A stretch of DNA of 64,000 nucleotides from Amphiscolops sp. MND2022 (GCA_964187785.1 OZ076409.1:82896001-82960000); one strand, 5' to 3'; shown: positions 51,178 through 61,872, numbered from the stretch's first letter. The notes: generated from the sequence alone by a model not told the origin. Program-made: numbers and translations.

Positions 51178-51482
51178 ATGTTAGTCAAAACTTTGACCAC
51201 ATTCCACTTTTCGGAAGTATAGGAGTCCCTCAATTTGCAAAAAGTGGAAGTTAGTCAACGTTTTGACTGACTTACGAAACAGAGTATTTTTGGACTAACT
51301 TCCGCTTTTTTCTAATTACGTATTTTGACTAACTTACACAATTTTCCATTACGCGCGTTGATTTTGCTACACCGTTGAAGCATAGACCGTCTTGACTAAC
51401 TTACGCTGAATGACCATTTTACCATTTTACTCAGATTACGCAGCTTGACTGACAGAAGCTTACCGGTACGTGTATCGTAATG
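51178..51482 (+). mobile_element. 305-bp nested non-autonomous element inside pol (family C)
   Basis: Removing it plus one ATC restores DDQFYI|RINNKG. Subterminal IRs TGTTAGTCAA (51179-51188) / TTGACTGACA (51445-51454); 5' hairpin GTCAAA-AC-TTTGAC; imperfect 3' hairpin at 51461-51479; internal TTGACTAACTTAC repeats; lacks the host element's G-poor bias. Confidence 0.85.
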
Positions 51483-53632
51483 ATCCGTATAAATAACAAA
51501 GGAGAAGATATACATATAAAGCCTTTAGATTCCTTCTCTTTTCAATCTATTGTTCCATTCGAATCAAAATATAAAAGGCCTACAAAAAAACAAGCAAAAT
51601 CTCTTTTACAACAATCGACAATTCTTAATGATACTGACATTCTTAGTGATGAAGATGAAATAACACCACCAAATAATATCCAACAACAAAACTCGAACAT
51701 AGTAAAAGAATACACCCTTGCTATACAATATCCTACCAAATCTGACTATTGTACACAACAAGTTCCATTTTTTGATCCGTCCTTTTTCAAATACAAAAAG
51801 TATTTTAATTACTTCTTCCTACCAGAAGATACACAAATAACCATTGAAACAATAAAAAACTCAACAAAATCAAGATACTGTTTTACAAAAGGTTTACCAA
51901 TGGATACTTAATAATGAAAAACCCTTACAAATAGACCCAACAATTGCAGCTAACTCTTTCTTATTAGTATATTACAAACTCTTCAACCAATTGTATATTA
52001 ATCATGATACAAAAATTATTCACATAAATTATCCTAATCTTCACGATTCCAACCCGAATCAAAGAGACAAAATGTTTACCATTTAAACTTTTCCACACAG
52101 CTTTCAACAAACTCCATGCTCATGGACATTCAGGAATAAAAATATCCATCAAAGCTTTCAACCAATTTTACTTCATACCGTACCTAAATAAATGGATGTC
52201 AATATTCATCCATGATTGCATTGAATGTCAACAAAATAAACATATTAACCAAAAATTACAAACTGCATCTATACAAACCTTCTCAGAAAATGCTTCATAT
52301 TTTAATTACAGAATATCAATGGATACAAAAGGACCTATAAACCCACCATCAAATCAAAATTCATACATTCACGTTATAGTAGACGCTTTTAGTCACTTTG
52401 TAGTAACAGTACCCATAAAACAAAATAATGCTCAAAACGCTGTTAACTCATTACTACATCATTGGATAACAAAATTTGGACCTCCTGTATACCTAGTTAC
52501 CGACCGTGGAACAGAATATATCAATTCAGAATTTGCAAATCTTTGTACTACAATGGGAATTAGACACTCACCAAGAACTCCTTATGCACCATGGACAAAT
52601 GGTTTAGTTGAAAACCAAAACAGAAATCTTGGAACTCATCTTAGACTTTTCTTACATAACACTCCAGAAAATTGGTCAACTCAAGTCCATATGTATGCTT
52701 ATGCACATAATTCACAACCACTTTCTGAATTAAACTTATCTCCATATGAAATAGTATTTCATACTATACCAAGGATTCCAATCAACTTTGAACTCAATCT
52801 CCAAAGAGATACATATAGAAATTGTACTTCTCAATATTGTCAAGAGCTACCACTTCATACACACTATGACAAATCAAATCTAAACCCTTTCTTTCATAAA
52901 ATTTTATCTAAACCAATTCCACAATGGATCTTAGCTACTGAAACTGCTATGATACAGATATACCATACGGTATATGAAAACACAAAAAGAAAGATTAATT
53001 CCTATGCTTATTTTAACAAAACATATCACAATCCAAGACCCTTAGATATTGGTACATTTGTACTAAAAAGAAATTTTCTCCATGTTCATTTTTCCGATAA
53101 ATTAAAACCTCTCAGAATTGCCCCATTCAAAATTATTAACAAACTCTCCGATATAACATATGAAATTGTTAATCAAGATGGTTATACATCGCACATACAT
53201 AGAAATCATTTAATTCCTTATTATCCAAAAGAACCAGTTATTTTCCCTTTCATACAACAATATAACCCTCATTTATTTAATGACTGTCATTCAAATACAA
53301 ATGATCAAATAATTAACTCTGATGAAGACAAATTTACAGACGAAGAACAATTTCCTTCCACAACATTTAATAAAGAAACGGATATACCATCCACGATTGA
53401 CTTACAATCAGAACCATTTAACCAATATTCTTCATTTCCATATAAACAAAAAGAACAAATTCCTCAAAATACCTCCCTGGATAACCAATCAGATATTCAT
53501 GATTATGATAATTTTATTAATCCCCGAAGACACTCCTATAATAGATACAATTTCCGCCCACAACCAAGAAAAGACTACCGACTCTTCCTTGGTGAAAAGG
53601 ATATAATATCACTTTCTCAAAAATCCTGCTGA
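51483..53632 (+). pseudogene. Pol 3' part (linker + integrase) with two frameshifts
   Basis: Frame changes near 51855 (A-run) and ~52070; then HAHGHSG...CIEC zinc motif, MDTKGP, VDAFS, TDRGTEY, NGLVENQNR (DDE) and a GPY/F-like KLKPLRIAPFKI region. Confidence 0.9.
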
Positions 53633-53801
53633 AATACGGAATACAGAAAGAAATACACACAAAGAAAGTTTGAAAGAAAGAAAAAGTTTGAAGCTTAAAA
53701 CGAAAATAAATGAAATTTATTTCACGAATGAGAATATAAGAAAGAAATCCTAATTGATATAAAACTATAACTATTTTACAAACTGAAACTAACTATCATA
53801 A

Positions 53802-55139
53802 CACAACGATTTCAAAATTGATAGACATATTCACTCACCATCATCAACTACAAATAACTCTTCTTCTAGTTCAACACATTCACTCCAAAGATTACCTGAA
53901 TATACAGCATATTTAAACTCAGATACAGACATACTGGATTCCTCATCCTCAAATCCCAGTCCATCCGCTCCATATACTCCTGATAGAGTACCAACAACAC
54001 CCACTAATACACCTATATCCCAAGCTCAACCACAAATATTAACAACTCAATCACAACCTATTTCACGAAATCTAACATTTTTAGAAACAAATTCACCACT
54101 TTCTGACTCTAATGATGAAACACCTACAATACCAAATACACAAGATACTTCAGATATTTTGAATAGACCTCCTCTTCCACCGATTACTACCACTCGTTCT
54201 ATTCATATTCCTGATCCTAGCTCAGTACTACAATACATAAATTCTTGTCCACACAAAGTACCAACTGCAACGAAAACAAAAAGAAAAACTCCTTTACCTA
54301 CATTACCACAAAATCTTGATTTACCATCATCAAGTAATATCCCAATAACATTTTTACCAGAACCTTCATTAAAATCACCAACGAAAAAATCACAACAATA
54401 CCCAACTCCTTCACCATCGGAACTAAGTTCCTTCACATTTTCTCAAATATATCCCAAGCTTGAATTACAACGTGTACATTCAACAACTACCTCTTCATTA
54501 ACAGACTTATATCATAAAGATAAAGACTCTGACTCAACTGCTAGTACTAGAGTACCAAGACATAATTATAACCTTCGATCTCAACAACAAAGAAATTCTC
54601 AAGAATTACAATCCTTGACTAGCTCAAGTACAAACTCAAGACTACTTCGACAACACGCCCAACCCAGATTGGACACTTCTTCTCTTTCCTCATCTCAGCC
54701 CACTATACCATCTTCTCTATCACTACCATTTCAAATCACATCAGGATTTGAAACAGCCTCTCTTCTTTCTGAAGAGCCAGCAACTATATCAGATAGCGCA
54801 GCTAATTTTTCACGAGTTTACTCACCTAGTTCAATAGCCTCAAACTCCTCTATACAATTACCTGAATATTTTTTAGAAGACTTCTCAAGACCTCCATCGC
54901 CAAATCCTCACGAATACCCTATTCGTGTTAACTCAAAAATTGTTCGCACGCTTAACGAAGATCCTCGATACACGGTATTACCTGCAAGATTTATAAACAA
55001 TAGTTCACTCTCAACTCAAAGAAAACAAAGAGAACTACGAAGATTACAAGAACAACAACTCACATTAAAATTTGAAGTAGAAGTCACATTCAACTCGTTA
55101 GGACCTCATCCATTCTCTTTCAACAAGAGTAGCACATAA
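53802..55139 (+). CDS. Accessory ORF A: Ser/Thr/Pro-rich, ~445 open codons, no ATG
   Basis: The frame of track ORF 54159..55139 stays open upstream to a TAA at ~53799; a shifted frame near 55110 continues to ~55270. Confidence 0.6.
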   Translation, partial: HNDFKIDRHIHSPSSTTNNSSSSSTHSLQRLPEYTAYLNSDTDILDSSSSNPSPSAPYTPDRVPTTPTNTPISQAQPQILTTQSQPISRNLTFLETNSPLSDSNDETPTIPNTQDTSDILNRPPLPPITTTRSIHIPDPSSVLQYINSCPHKVPTATKTKRKTPLPTLPQNLDLPSSSNIPITFLPEPSLKSPTKKSQQYPTPSPSELSSFTFSQIYPKLELQRVHSTTTSSLTDLYHKDKDSDSTASTRVPRHNYNLRSQQQRNSQELQSLTSSSTNSRLLRQHAQPRLDTSSLSSSQPTIPSSLSLPFQITSGFETASLLSEEPATISDSAANFSRVYSPSSIASNSSIQLPEYFLEDFSRPPSPNPHEYPIRVNSKIVRTLNEDPRYTVLPARFINNSSLSTQRKQRELRRLQEQQLTLKFEVEVTFNSLGPHPFSFNKSST

Positions 55140-55271
55140 AACAACCCCATCACCATTCATTGTTACATCCATTTCCTACCTTTGTGACGCCGATTTACCT
55201 GAGATTAGAACAGGACATATAAACTTTTTTAATCCCTACTCAGGACTCAATTATAGATCAATATTTTAACC

Positions 55272-57842
55272 ATGAACCAAATCACCTTTACCTTTCATTT
55301 AATATATATAATACAAGTTGTTAAATACACGTATATAATAAATATAGTTCACTCTTTAGTTCACCCTTCAACTGTTCCCAAAGTTGACACCACCAATTCC
55401 GAAAATCATATTTCAGACCAAGATCCTAACATTTTAAACTTAATGGTATGTCATTATGATTGTGCAAAACAAAACAACCTAAGACAATTCAGTTTATTAA
55501 ACGTAGAACCATGTAAACAAGCAACCTCAGATATACAACACACAAAAACCCAAGCAACAATTTACGTTAGAGCAAAAGCCAAAAGAATAAAAGCCTTTAA
55601 ATGTGAAGCATATATAAAGACTGAGAAAGTCTGGTGTTCACAAACATTCACATCTAGTAGACGATATGATCGTTTACAATGGGGACAAAACACATTAGAA
55701 CTTCCAAAAATATTGGACCCTATTGAATGTAAAAATATGATCAGATATTTAAACGCGACTGATAGCGAAGAATTAAACAACTACAATATACAAAGCTCTT
55801 TCTCATTGTTCGATGATAGTAATTATCAAAACACAATTGAACGAATTCAGACACCATTTAGAGTAAAAAAATTACATACATGGCATATTGGAACCTTCGT
55901 ATTTGACGAAAATTATCCTGATTGGATAGTTAATGTTACACAAAATACATACTCTAGATGTCGATCAGACCGCGAACATTTAATTACCCGACAAAGTTGG
56001 AAACTTAGAATTGTTAACACCGCAATAGATTATGACGATAAAAACAATCAATTAATACATGACGGACACATATTACCATGTTATCATTCAGACGGATTTT
56101 GTAAACCAACGACCAAAACTCCATATACATCAACATGGTTTGATGAAAAATTTTGCCTCATATTTCAACTTCAAGAATTCATTGGTAGAATGACACGAAT
56201 CAAAGATAGATATTGGATAGAAACCGATACCTTTATTGAAACTTCAAACATCACACAAAAACTTCAAACCAAAGGAATACAAGGAACAAAATATCCTAAT
56301 ATAAAAACACCACAATCAAAAGTAAGCAATCCAAGCCTTTCTCGATTTGAAATATACCCAATTGCACAAACTTTCTGTGGAAAACCTGAACCATTATTTT
56401 CAACACAATATGATGACATCTTTGTTACATACTTAGATGGTTTTGATATGAACACAGGATTACCAAAACCACACTCAATAATTGACCAAACAATTAGTGG
56501 AAATATAAAATATGATGATTCAAACAAAAGGTATATATTCCCTGCATTGAATATATCAAACAATTTCGCCACTTTAGACTATGATGCCCACATTAATACA
56601 AAAATTGATTTCACAATAAATCGTGTATTTAAATCCATGACAGTACAAGAATTAAACACTCTACATACAATATGTGAACTAGAAAGAACTCAACTGTTAA
56701 CAATACTAGCAATGTCAGTTAAAAATCCCCAATTAGCCGGTTTTCTTTTAACTGGAAATCGTAGTAACTTTCTCTACGTTGAAGGATCTACAGCATGGCT
56801 GTATGATTGCCCTCATTTTATATCACCACTATACAAGGCAGATAAATGCTTTGATAGAATTCCTATACACTACAGAGAAACGATAATGTATGTTGACCCA
56901 ATAACAAGACAAACTTTTAACTACGCAACACCAATTGAATGTGGAAATAACCCACAAAATATAATAGAATTAGATCCAGATTCCAACGACGGAGATTTTT
57001 ATGTGTTAACACCAGAACCACTCAAACGAGAAGCACCACAAATGTTTAAACCTACCCAAATTAAAACAACAATCACTCCTAATACATTTACCGCCCAAGA
57101 TGCCGGTATATACTCAAATGCAGAATTAGATCAATTCTGGAATAGAGTATTATTTGCTAAACATTCAGACACAACTCTTCAATTACTTGGAAAATCATTA
57201 AGCTATGATTTCATTTCAATGCATAACGAAAAACACTCATACTCAGAACATAATCCCTATAATCATTTAAGGATTGGAGTACATGACCACTTGTTAAATC
57301 TTCTACCACTTTTTAACCCTGACTGGTTCAGTCAAGCATTCATTAATTTCTTTGGATGTTATGTTTTAACCCAATGTGGAATTTATTTTTCAACATTCCT
57401 TTTCATTAGAGAAGTTTTAACATTTTTACTCAAATTCTACAGAACAATTAGCATAAAATATAATCTCCAAAGCAATATTTCCATTTTGAGTTCAATAGCC
57501 CATGGATTTTTTAATATAGTTACATCGGAAATGGTAACCGATTTAAATAATACAGGAAAACGAAAACGGATATATACTAAACACAAAATTACAACAAGTG
57601 AAAATGATAGTATCCTATTGCCGGAAAAAGAATTAAACAATAAACGAAGACACTCTGATACTGACTCCCCTTATTTACCTCCTAAATATTCCAGTAAGAA
57701 TTCAACATTTCAATCACCGCAAAAGACACACCCAACTAATGTAAATGATATTAATTCTCAGGACTATGACCCAATAATGTCAAATGTAATAGCTGTACCG
57801 GAAAGTCCTGCTAAAGTCTTTATAAAATTCAATCCCTCCTAG
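55272..57842 (+). CDS. Envelope-like glycoprotein, 856 aa, class III fusogen-like
   Basis: Hydrophobic N-terminus, HYDC...EPC, Cys-rich ectodomain with N-glycan sequons, helix HTICELERTQLLTILAMS, GSTAWLYDC, CFDRIPIHY..MYVDPITR..IEC, C-terminal hydrophobic segment and cytoplasmic tail. Confidence 0.8.
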   Translation: MNQITFTFHLIYIIQVVKYTYIINIVHSLVHPSTVPKVDTTNSENHISDQDPNILNLMVCHYDCAKQNNLRQFSLLNVEPCKQATSDIQHTKTQATIYVRAKAKRIKAFKCEAYIKTEKVWCSQTFTSSRRYDRLQWGQNTLELPKILDPIECKNMIRYLNATDSEELNNYNIQSSFSLFDDSNYQNTIERIQTPFRVKKLHTWHIGTFVFDENYPDWIVNVTQNTYSRCRSDREHLITRQSWKLRIVNTAIDYDDKNNQLIHDGHILPCYHSDGFCKPTTKTPYTSTWFDEKFCLIFQLQEFIGRMTRIKDRYWIETDTFIETSNITQKLQTKGIQGTKYPNIKTPQSKVSNPSLSRFEIYPIAQTFCGKPEPLFSTQYDDIFVTYLDGFDMNTGLPKPHSIIDQTISGNIKYDDSNKRYIFPALNISNNFATLDYDAHINTKIDFTINRVFKSMTVQELNTLHTICELERTQLLTILAMSVKNPQLAGFLLTGNRSNFLYVEGSTAWLYDCPHFISPLYKADKCFDRIPIHYRETIMYVDPITRQTFNYATPIECGNNPQNIIELDPDSNDGDFYVLTPEPLKREAPQMFKPTQIKTTITPNTFTAQDAGIYSNAELDQFWNRVLFAKHSDTTLQLLGKSLSYDFISMHNEKHSYSEHNPYNHLRIGVHDHLLNLLPLFNPDWFSQAFINFFGCYVLTQCGIYFSTFLFIREVLTFLLKFYRTISIKYNLQSNISILSSIAHGFFNIVTSEMVTDLNNTGKRKRIYTKHKITTSENDSILLPEKELNNKRRHSDTDSPYLPPKYSSKNSTFQSPQKTHPTNVNDINSQDYDPIMSNVIAVPESPAKVFIKFNPS

Positions 57843-58350
57843 CTGAAAAGCAATAACGTAAAAAAACAAATTAACCTCAAGAAAAGTTCACAAAATTATC
57901 AACCAAATTCTTCTCAGTTTCAACTTTCATTCACATCCAAATTCTCACTCGGACCGGTCTCTCCTTTTCAACTCAACTCAACTCAACTCTTAACCAGAAG
58001 ACATCTCAACTGGATTTTCAGTCCATCTAAACGACCGAAATCACAGAAGTTTCTATTCCTGGAATAGATGCCACTGTGATTGTTGATGTGTTCAACCCAT
58101 CATTGACCCAGTATTCCCATATTATAAGTACAATTTAAACTTTAATTTTAACAAACAATTTAATGGATAGAAAAGACATAACAAAATTTTTCCTTAGTAT
58201 TAAAAAAAAGTAATCAAATGTTATAATTATTATTTTAGCTCTACAAAAACACGCAAGTTTAAATAATGGAATCCTTGCCCGAAATTGATGTAGTTAATTC
58301 TAATCCCTCTGAATTGCTTGCAACCCCTTTGAATATAACTATTCAACAAA

Positions 58351-59556
58351 ATGTTAACGAAGATAATAACTTCCTCCAACTCTCAAGATCCTATAGAAAA
58401 TATCCCTATTGAACAAGTAGATCATGTCAACACAAGATCTCAAAAAAGAAAGTACCCAGATATAACCGCAGATAAACCTTTTATGGAATCTGGCGCTTGC
58501 CCTCCTTTCATAAAACCAATTAAACAAGATGAAGATAGAGATTGTGAATTAGTTCCTATTCTCTCGTCGAAACAATTCACATTTCAATCTCAGTTAACTT
58601 CGTTATACATGATACCAACAAAATACAAATTCATCATCAGAGAATTTAAAAATGATTATCATACATCAATTGCTTCAAAACTGATTACCCCATATGATTG
58701 GTGGTTAAACAATAAAGTGAAAATTTTCTCACTTCAATACAACTTTCTCAGACCATCTCCATATGATCTCCGAACAGAAGAAAATGATGCAAATTTTTTG
58801 CCATATCAAATCAAAAAGGCCCACCATATGACTTATCAAAAGTTCCTTCAATATAAAGAGCCCGATAATTATATATTCTTCAACTCCAAATATACATCGC
58901 CATTCACCTTCAACTCAGAATATTTAATAGATCATACCAAAACAAAAGGAAAACTTAGAAATTATGACCCGCTGAAACAAAGTTTTCTCTTCCTTCCAAA
59001 TGATAACCCAAAAAGACCAATCATTGTTCCACAAGAATACCTCATTCTAAACGACGATTCGTTACTACAAGAAGATATACCTCAACATATATCTGATCCT
59101 CTTCCTCCACTTCAACAAATAGCCTCTCAACCATTGGGAGACTGTGAAAAGTCTTATTTCCACGCAATGATCAAAAAGGGATATTCAAATAATGAATTAA
59201 TTTTCATTATTTCCCACTTGCTTTCACTTCTTACAAATGGAAATCACAAAGAATATAACAAGGCAAAACAAGAATCGCCTAAGAAAACCAAAAATGATAT
59301 TCCTCAACCACAAAGCTTTCGCCCAACAGATGAATTACAGAAATATACAGAAATTCTGAATATCATAAAACCGTATCATCATCCAAACCGAGATATTCTT
59401 ATAACAATCGCTGAAATCGTAAATACCCTTGAACAAGCTCGAAGCATAATACAAAATATCGTATTTGATACGACAAGAACTAGCCAATCAGCTTTGTGCA
59501 TTCGCACATCCTTAGACGAATTTAACTACACTATTGAAAAAATGCATCGATCTTAA
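58351..59556 (+). CDS. Accessory ORF B, 401 aa, unknown function (may truly start at ATG 58266 across a frameshift)
   Basis: Long sense ORF inside the LTRs with globular composition; an upstream frame MESLPEIDVV... overlaps its start. Confidence 0.7.
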   Translation: MLTKIITSSNSQDPIENIPIEQVDHVNTRSQKRKYPDITADKPFMESGACPPFIKPIKQDEDRDCELVPILSSKQFTFQSQLTSLYMIPTKYKFIIREFKNDYHTSIASKLITPYDWWLNNKVKIFSLQYNFLRPSPYDLRTEENDANFLPYQIKKAHHMTYQKFLQYKEPDNYIFFNSKYTSPFTFNSEYLIDHTKTKGKLRNYDPLKQSFLFLPNDNPKRPIIVPQEYLILNDDSLLQEDIPQHISDPLPPLQQIASQPLGDCEKSYFHAMIKKGYSNNELIFIISHLLSLLTNGNHKEYNKAKQESPKKTKNDIPQPQSFRPTDELQKYTEILNIIKPYHHPNRDILITIAEIVNTLEQARSIIQNIVFDTTRTSQSALCIRTSLDEFNYTIEKMHRS

Positions 59557-60077
59557 CTGGTAATTATGGGATAAAAGCTTTAAAGTTATTAACACTTATC
59601 ACTTAATCTCTTAACAACCTGTCAAAAATAATTGAATCTATACGCATATGCCTGCTATGCATGAATTTAATACTTACTTGATGTTAAAATACACTTTTAA
59701 AATGAAATAACATAAAAATTTCAATCAAGACATAAAAATTTTCAACGAAATTCTTCAATTGCTCCTCCTTTTAATGGACCGATTTCAATAAATAAGTACT
59801 TATATGAAAGATATTTAAATACCCTTCAAAAGACTTCCAAAATACAACAACTTAATACTTAAAATTAAAAAGTTATAACATCACAAAATTCAATAAAAAA
59901 ATGTCAACTACGAAATTCTATTTTCAAAGGAACTTTATTGTAAACAAACTAATCTATTTTAGGTGAATATCGTCACAACTGCTTCTTCAGCATTCCTTCC
60001 TTCTCTCAGGTCACCCATTCAAGAAGAATTCCGAAGTATCCTCTACAGCTTTCAACGAAATTTTCTCATTCTTCAAT

Positions 60078-60554
60078 ATGACAACTATCCACTCTGGCGA
60101 CATTGACTGCCCGATAGCTCCTTTCCTTTCAATCTCTTCAGCTCGATTGCGATCCTTGATCCTGAAAAAGCATTTAACGACATTAAATGCGCAGCTTCGA
60201 ACAGAAAAAAAGGCTGACCCACATCTTACAAGGATGATATTGCTTAATATGTTCCAAATATTCCAAATAACAAGAATAAATTTCGACCAATATCTCCATA
60301 TTCATAAACATCCTGACACTTATTCAACTCAAAAGGATGCCACTACCCAAACGGAACATACTACAATCAAACCCAAACGTTTACTACGAACCCTATCCAA
60401 TAGAATGCGTTCCGAAATGGAAAAACAACGTCTAAATTCATATTGGCCCTCAGATGACAATGATGACACTGACGAAGACCTTCAAAAAGATCCCCCAGAA
60501 GCACTTTTAGACGATAACTACCCACACAAAACATATACTTACGTTTCCTTCTAA
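60078..60554 (+). CDS. Accessory ORF C, 158 aa, unknown function
   Basis: Sense ORF inside the LTRs; basic helix and acidic tail; another frame is open from 59963 into its start (possible frameshift). Confidence 0.5.
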   Translation: MTTIHSGDIDCPIAPFLSISSARLRSLILKKHLTTLNAQLRTEKKADPHLTRMILLNMFQIFQITRINFDQYLHIHKHPDTYSTQKDATTQTEHTTIKPKRLLRTLSNRMRSEMEKQRLNSYWPSDDNDDTDEDLQKDPPEALLDDNYPHKTYTYVSF

Positions 60555-61585
60555 CATCCACAGACGCCACCAACAGCACCCGTCAACTCCCATCTTCGAA
60601 ATCCACATCTTCAACGAGCAACAGATCAGCACCCATCTTCAACTTCATCGCCGCCCAACAGTTGCCCACATTCATTCATCTGCTGACCCTTCTTCTTCCA
60701 TCTTCCCATCGTCCATCATCACCCACATGCTCAGCCGAAGATGATCGATAATTAATAATAAAGAAAACTCAAAGAAAAAACATTGTGCATGATAACATTT
60801 CGAAAAGTTTCAAACTCATCTAATATTTAAAGAATTCAAACTTTTACCGAAATTATTCATTATGTAGTTATTATTTCAAATTTCATCCCCACCCATATTT
60901 ATTTGCCCAAAAATCTTTTATTCACACCCGTACCGATATTTATTTGCTTTATTTTTAAAGAATAATTAGTAATAATTATTATTTTTCGGTGCTATCCTAT
61001 CCAAAAAATTCACAAATATTATCAACAAATCTTTTCAAATTTCAACAAAACAACTCAAAATCAGATCAAGCACATTGTTCAGATCAAATTCGAATAATGA
61101 CAGACCCAAATTCTCAAAGTTTTCAACATTTGTTACATAACAAACCCGCCAAAGTTAATCACAACCTGAAATCTTTTCAAACGTATTTCACGTTCAAAAA
61201 TTTTTTTTTCTCTTCTCAACAATATTATTTCTTTGACTCTTTGACCTATAACTCGTATGATGTTTGCTCACGTTTGTTCAATGCGAAGTTCATTCAAAAC
61301 TTCAACAGAAGCATAAAATTGAGCATCTACCAGTTCAAAAAACAAGCCGACGAAAGCATAGTGAAAAAGAACACTTTGATGCTTTTTGAACTGTAGTCGC
61401 ACCTACGAGGTGTCAATCAAAATTTTGACAATTCGAGGTACACCAATGAGTCGAACTACACCACTCTTAACGAGACTTATGCCAATCATACATCAAATGA
61501 AAAATGTTAACTAGCTGAAACGCTAAAAACATTTAAACAAAAAATTTTTTTCTTCATTTCATGATGCTACTTTAAATTTTTATTT

Positions 61586-61600
61586 AAAAACCGGGATGGA
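61586..61600 (+). promoter_or_regulatory. Polypurine tract
   Basis: AAAAACCGGGATGGA immediately precedes the 3' LTR. Confidence 0.7.
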
Positions 61601-61868
61601 TGTACTGACCTACATTAATAACCAATAGTATTTAGATGTTTATAGAATGTTCTAGAATGTACATTTATTTGTTATTGAATGATTGTAAATCTCTACTCCT
61701 TCAGAGAGAGATAACTAATAATCAGTATTCAGTTGACTTCCTTTTTGTTCTACTCCTAACACCTCGGAATAGTTGTAATAAAGTAAGCTAGCTAGCCTGT
61801 CTCTCAGCCGCTTCTAGTAGTTGCGTATAAGACCATAAAAACAATAACCAACCATTAAAAGCAGCACA
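61601..61868 (+). repeat. 3' LTR (268 bp)
   Basis: Direct repeat of 43107-43374, followed by TSD GTAC. Confidence 0.98.
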
Positions 61869-61872
61869 GTAC

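Larger units (their letters stand above)
43107..61868 (+). mobile_element. 18,762-bp Ty3/Gypsy-type LTR retroelement with envelope-like gene and accessory ORFs
   Basis: Paired TG...CA LTRs, GTAC TSD (43103-43106, 61869-61872), PBS, PPT, domain order gag-PR-RT-RH-IN, then further sense ORFs. Confidence 0.97.

Noticed and set aside
60989..61396. 135-aa ORF in the element 3' UTR
   Set aside because: GTG start, low-complexity F/Q/N/K composition, no motif support.
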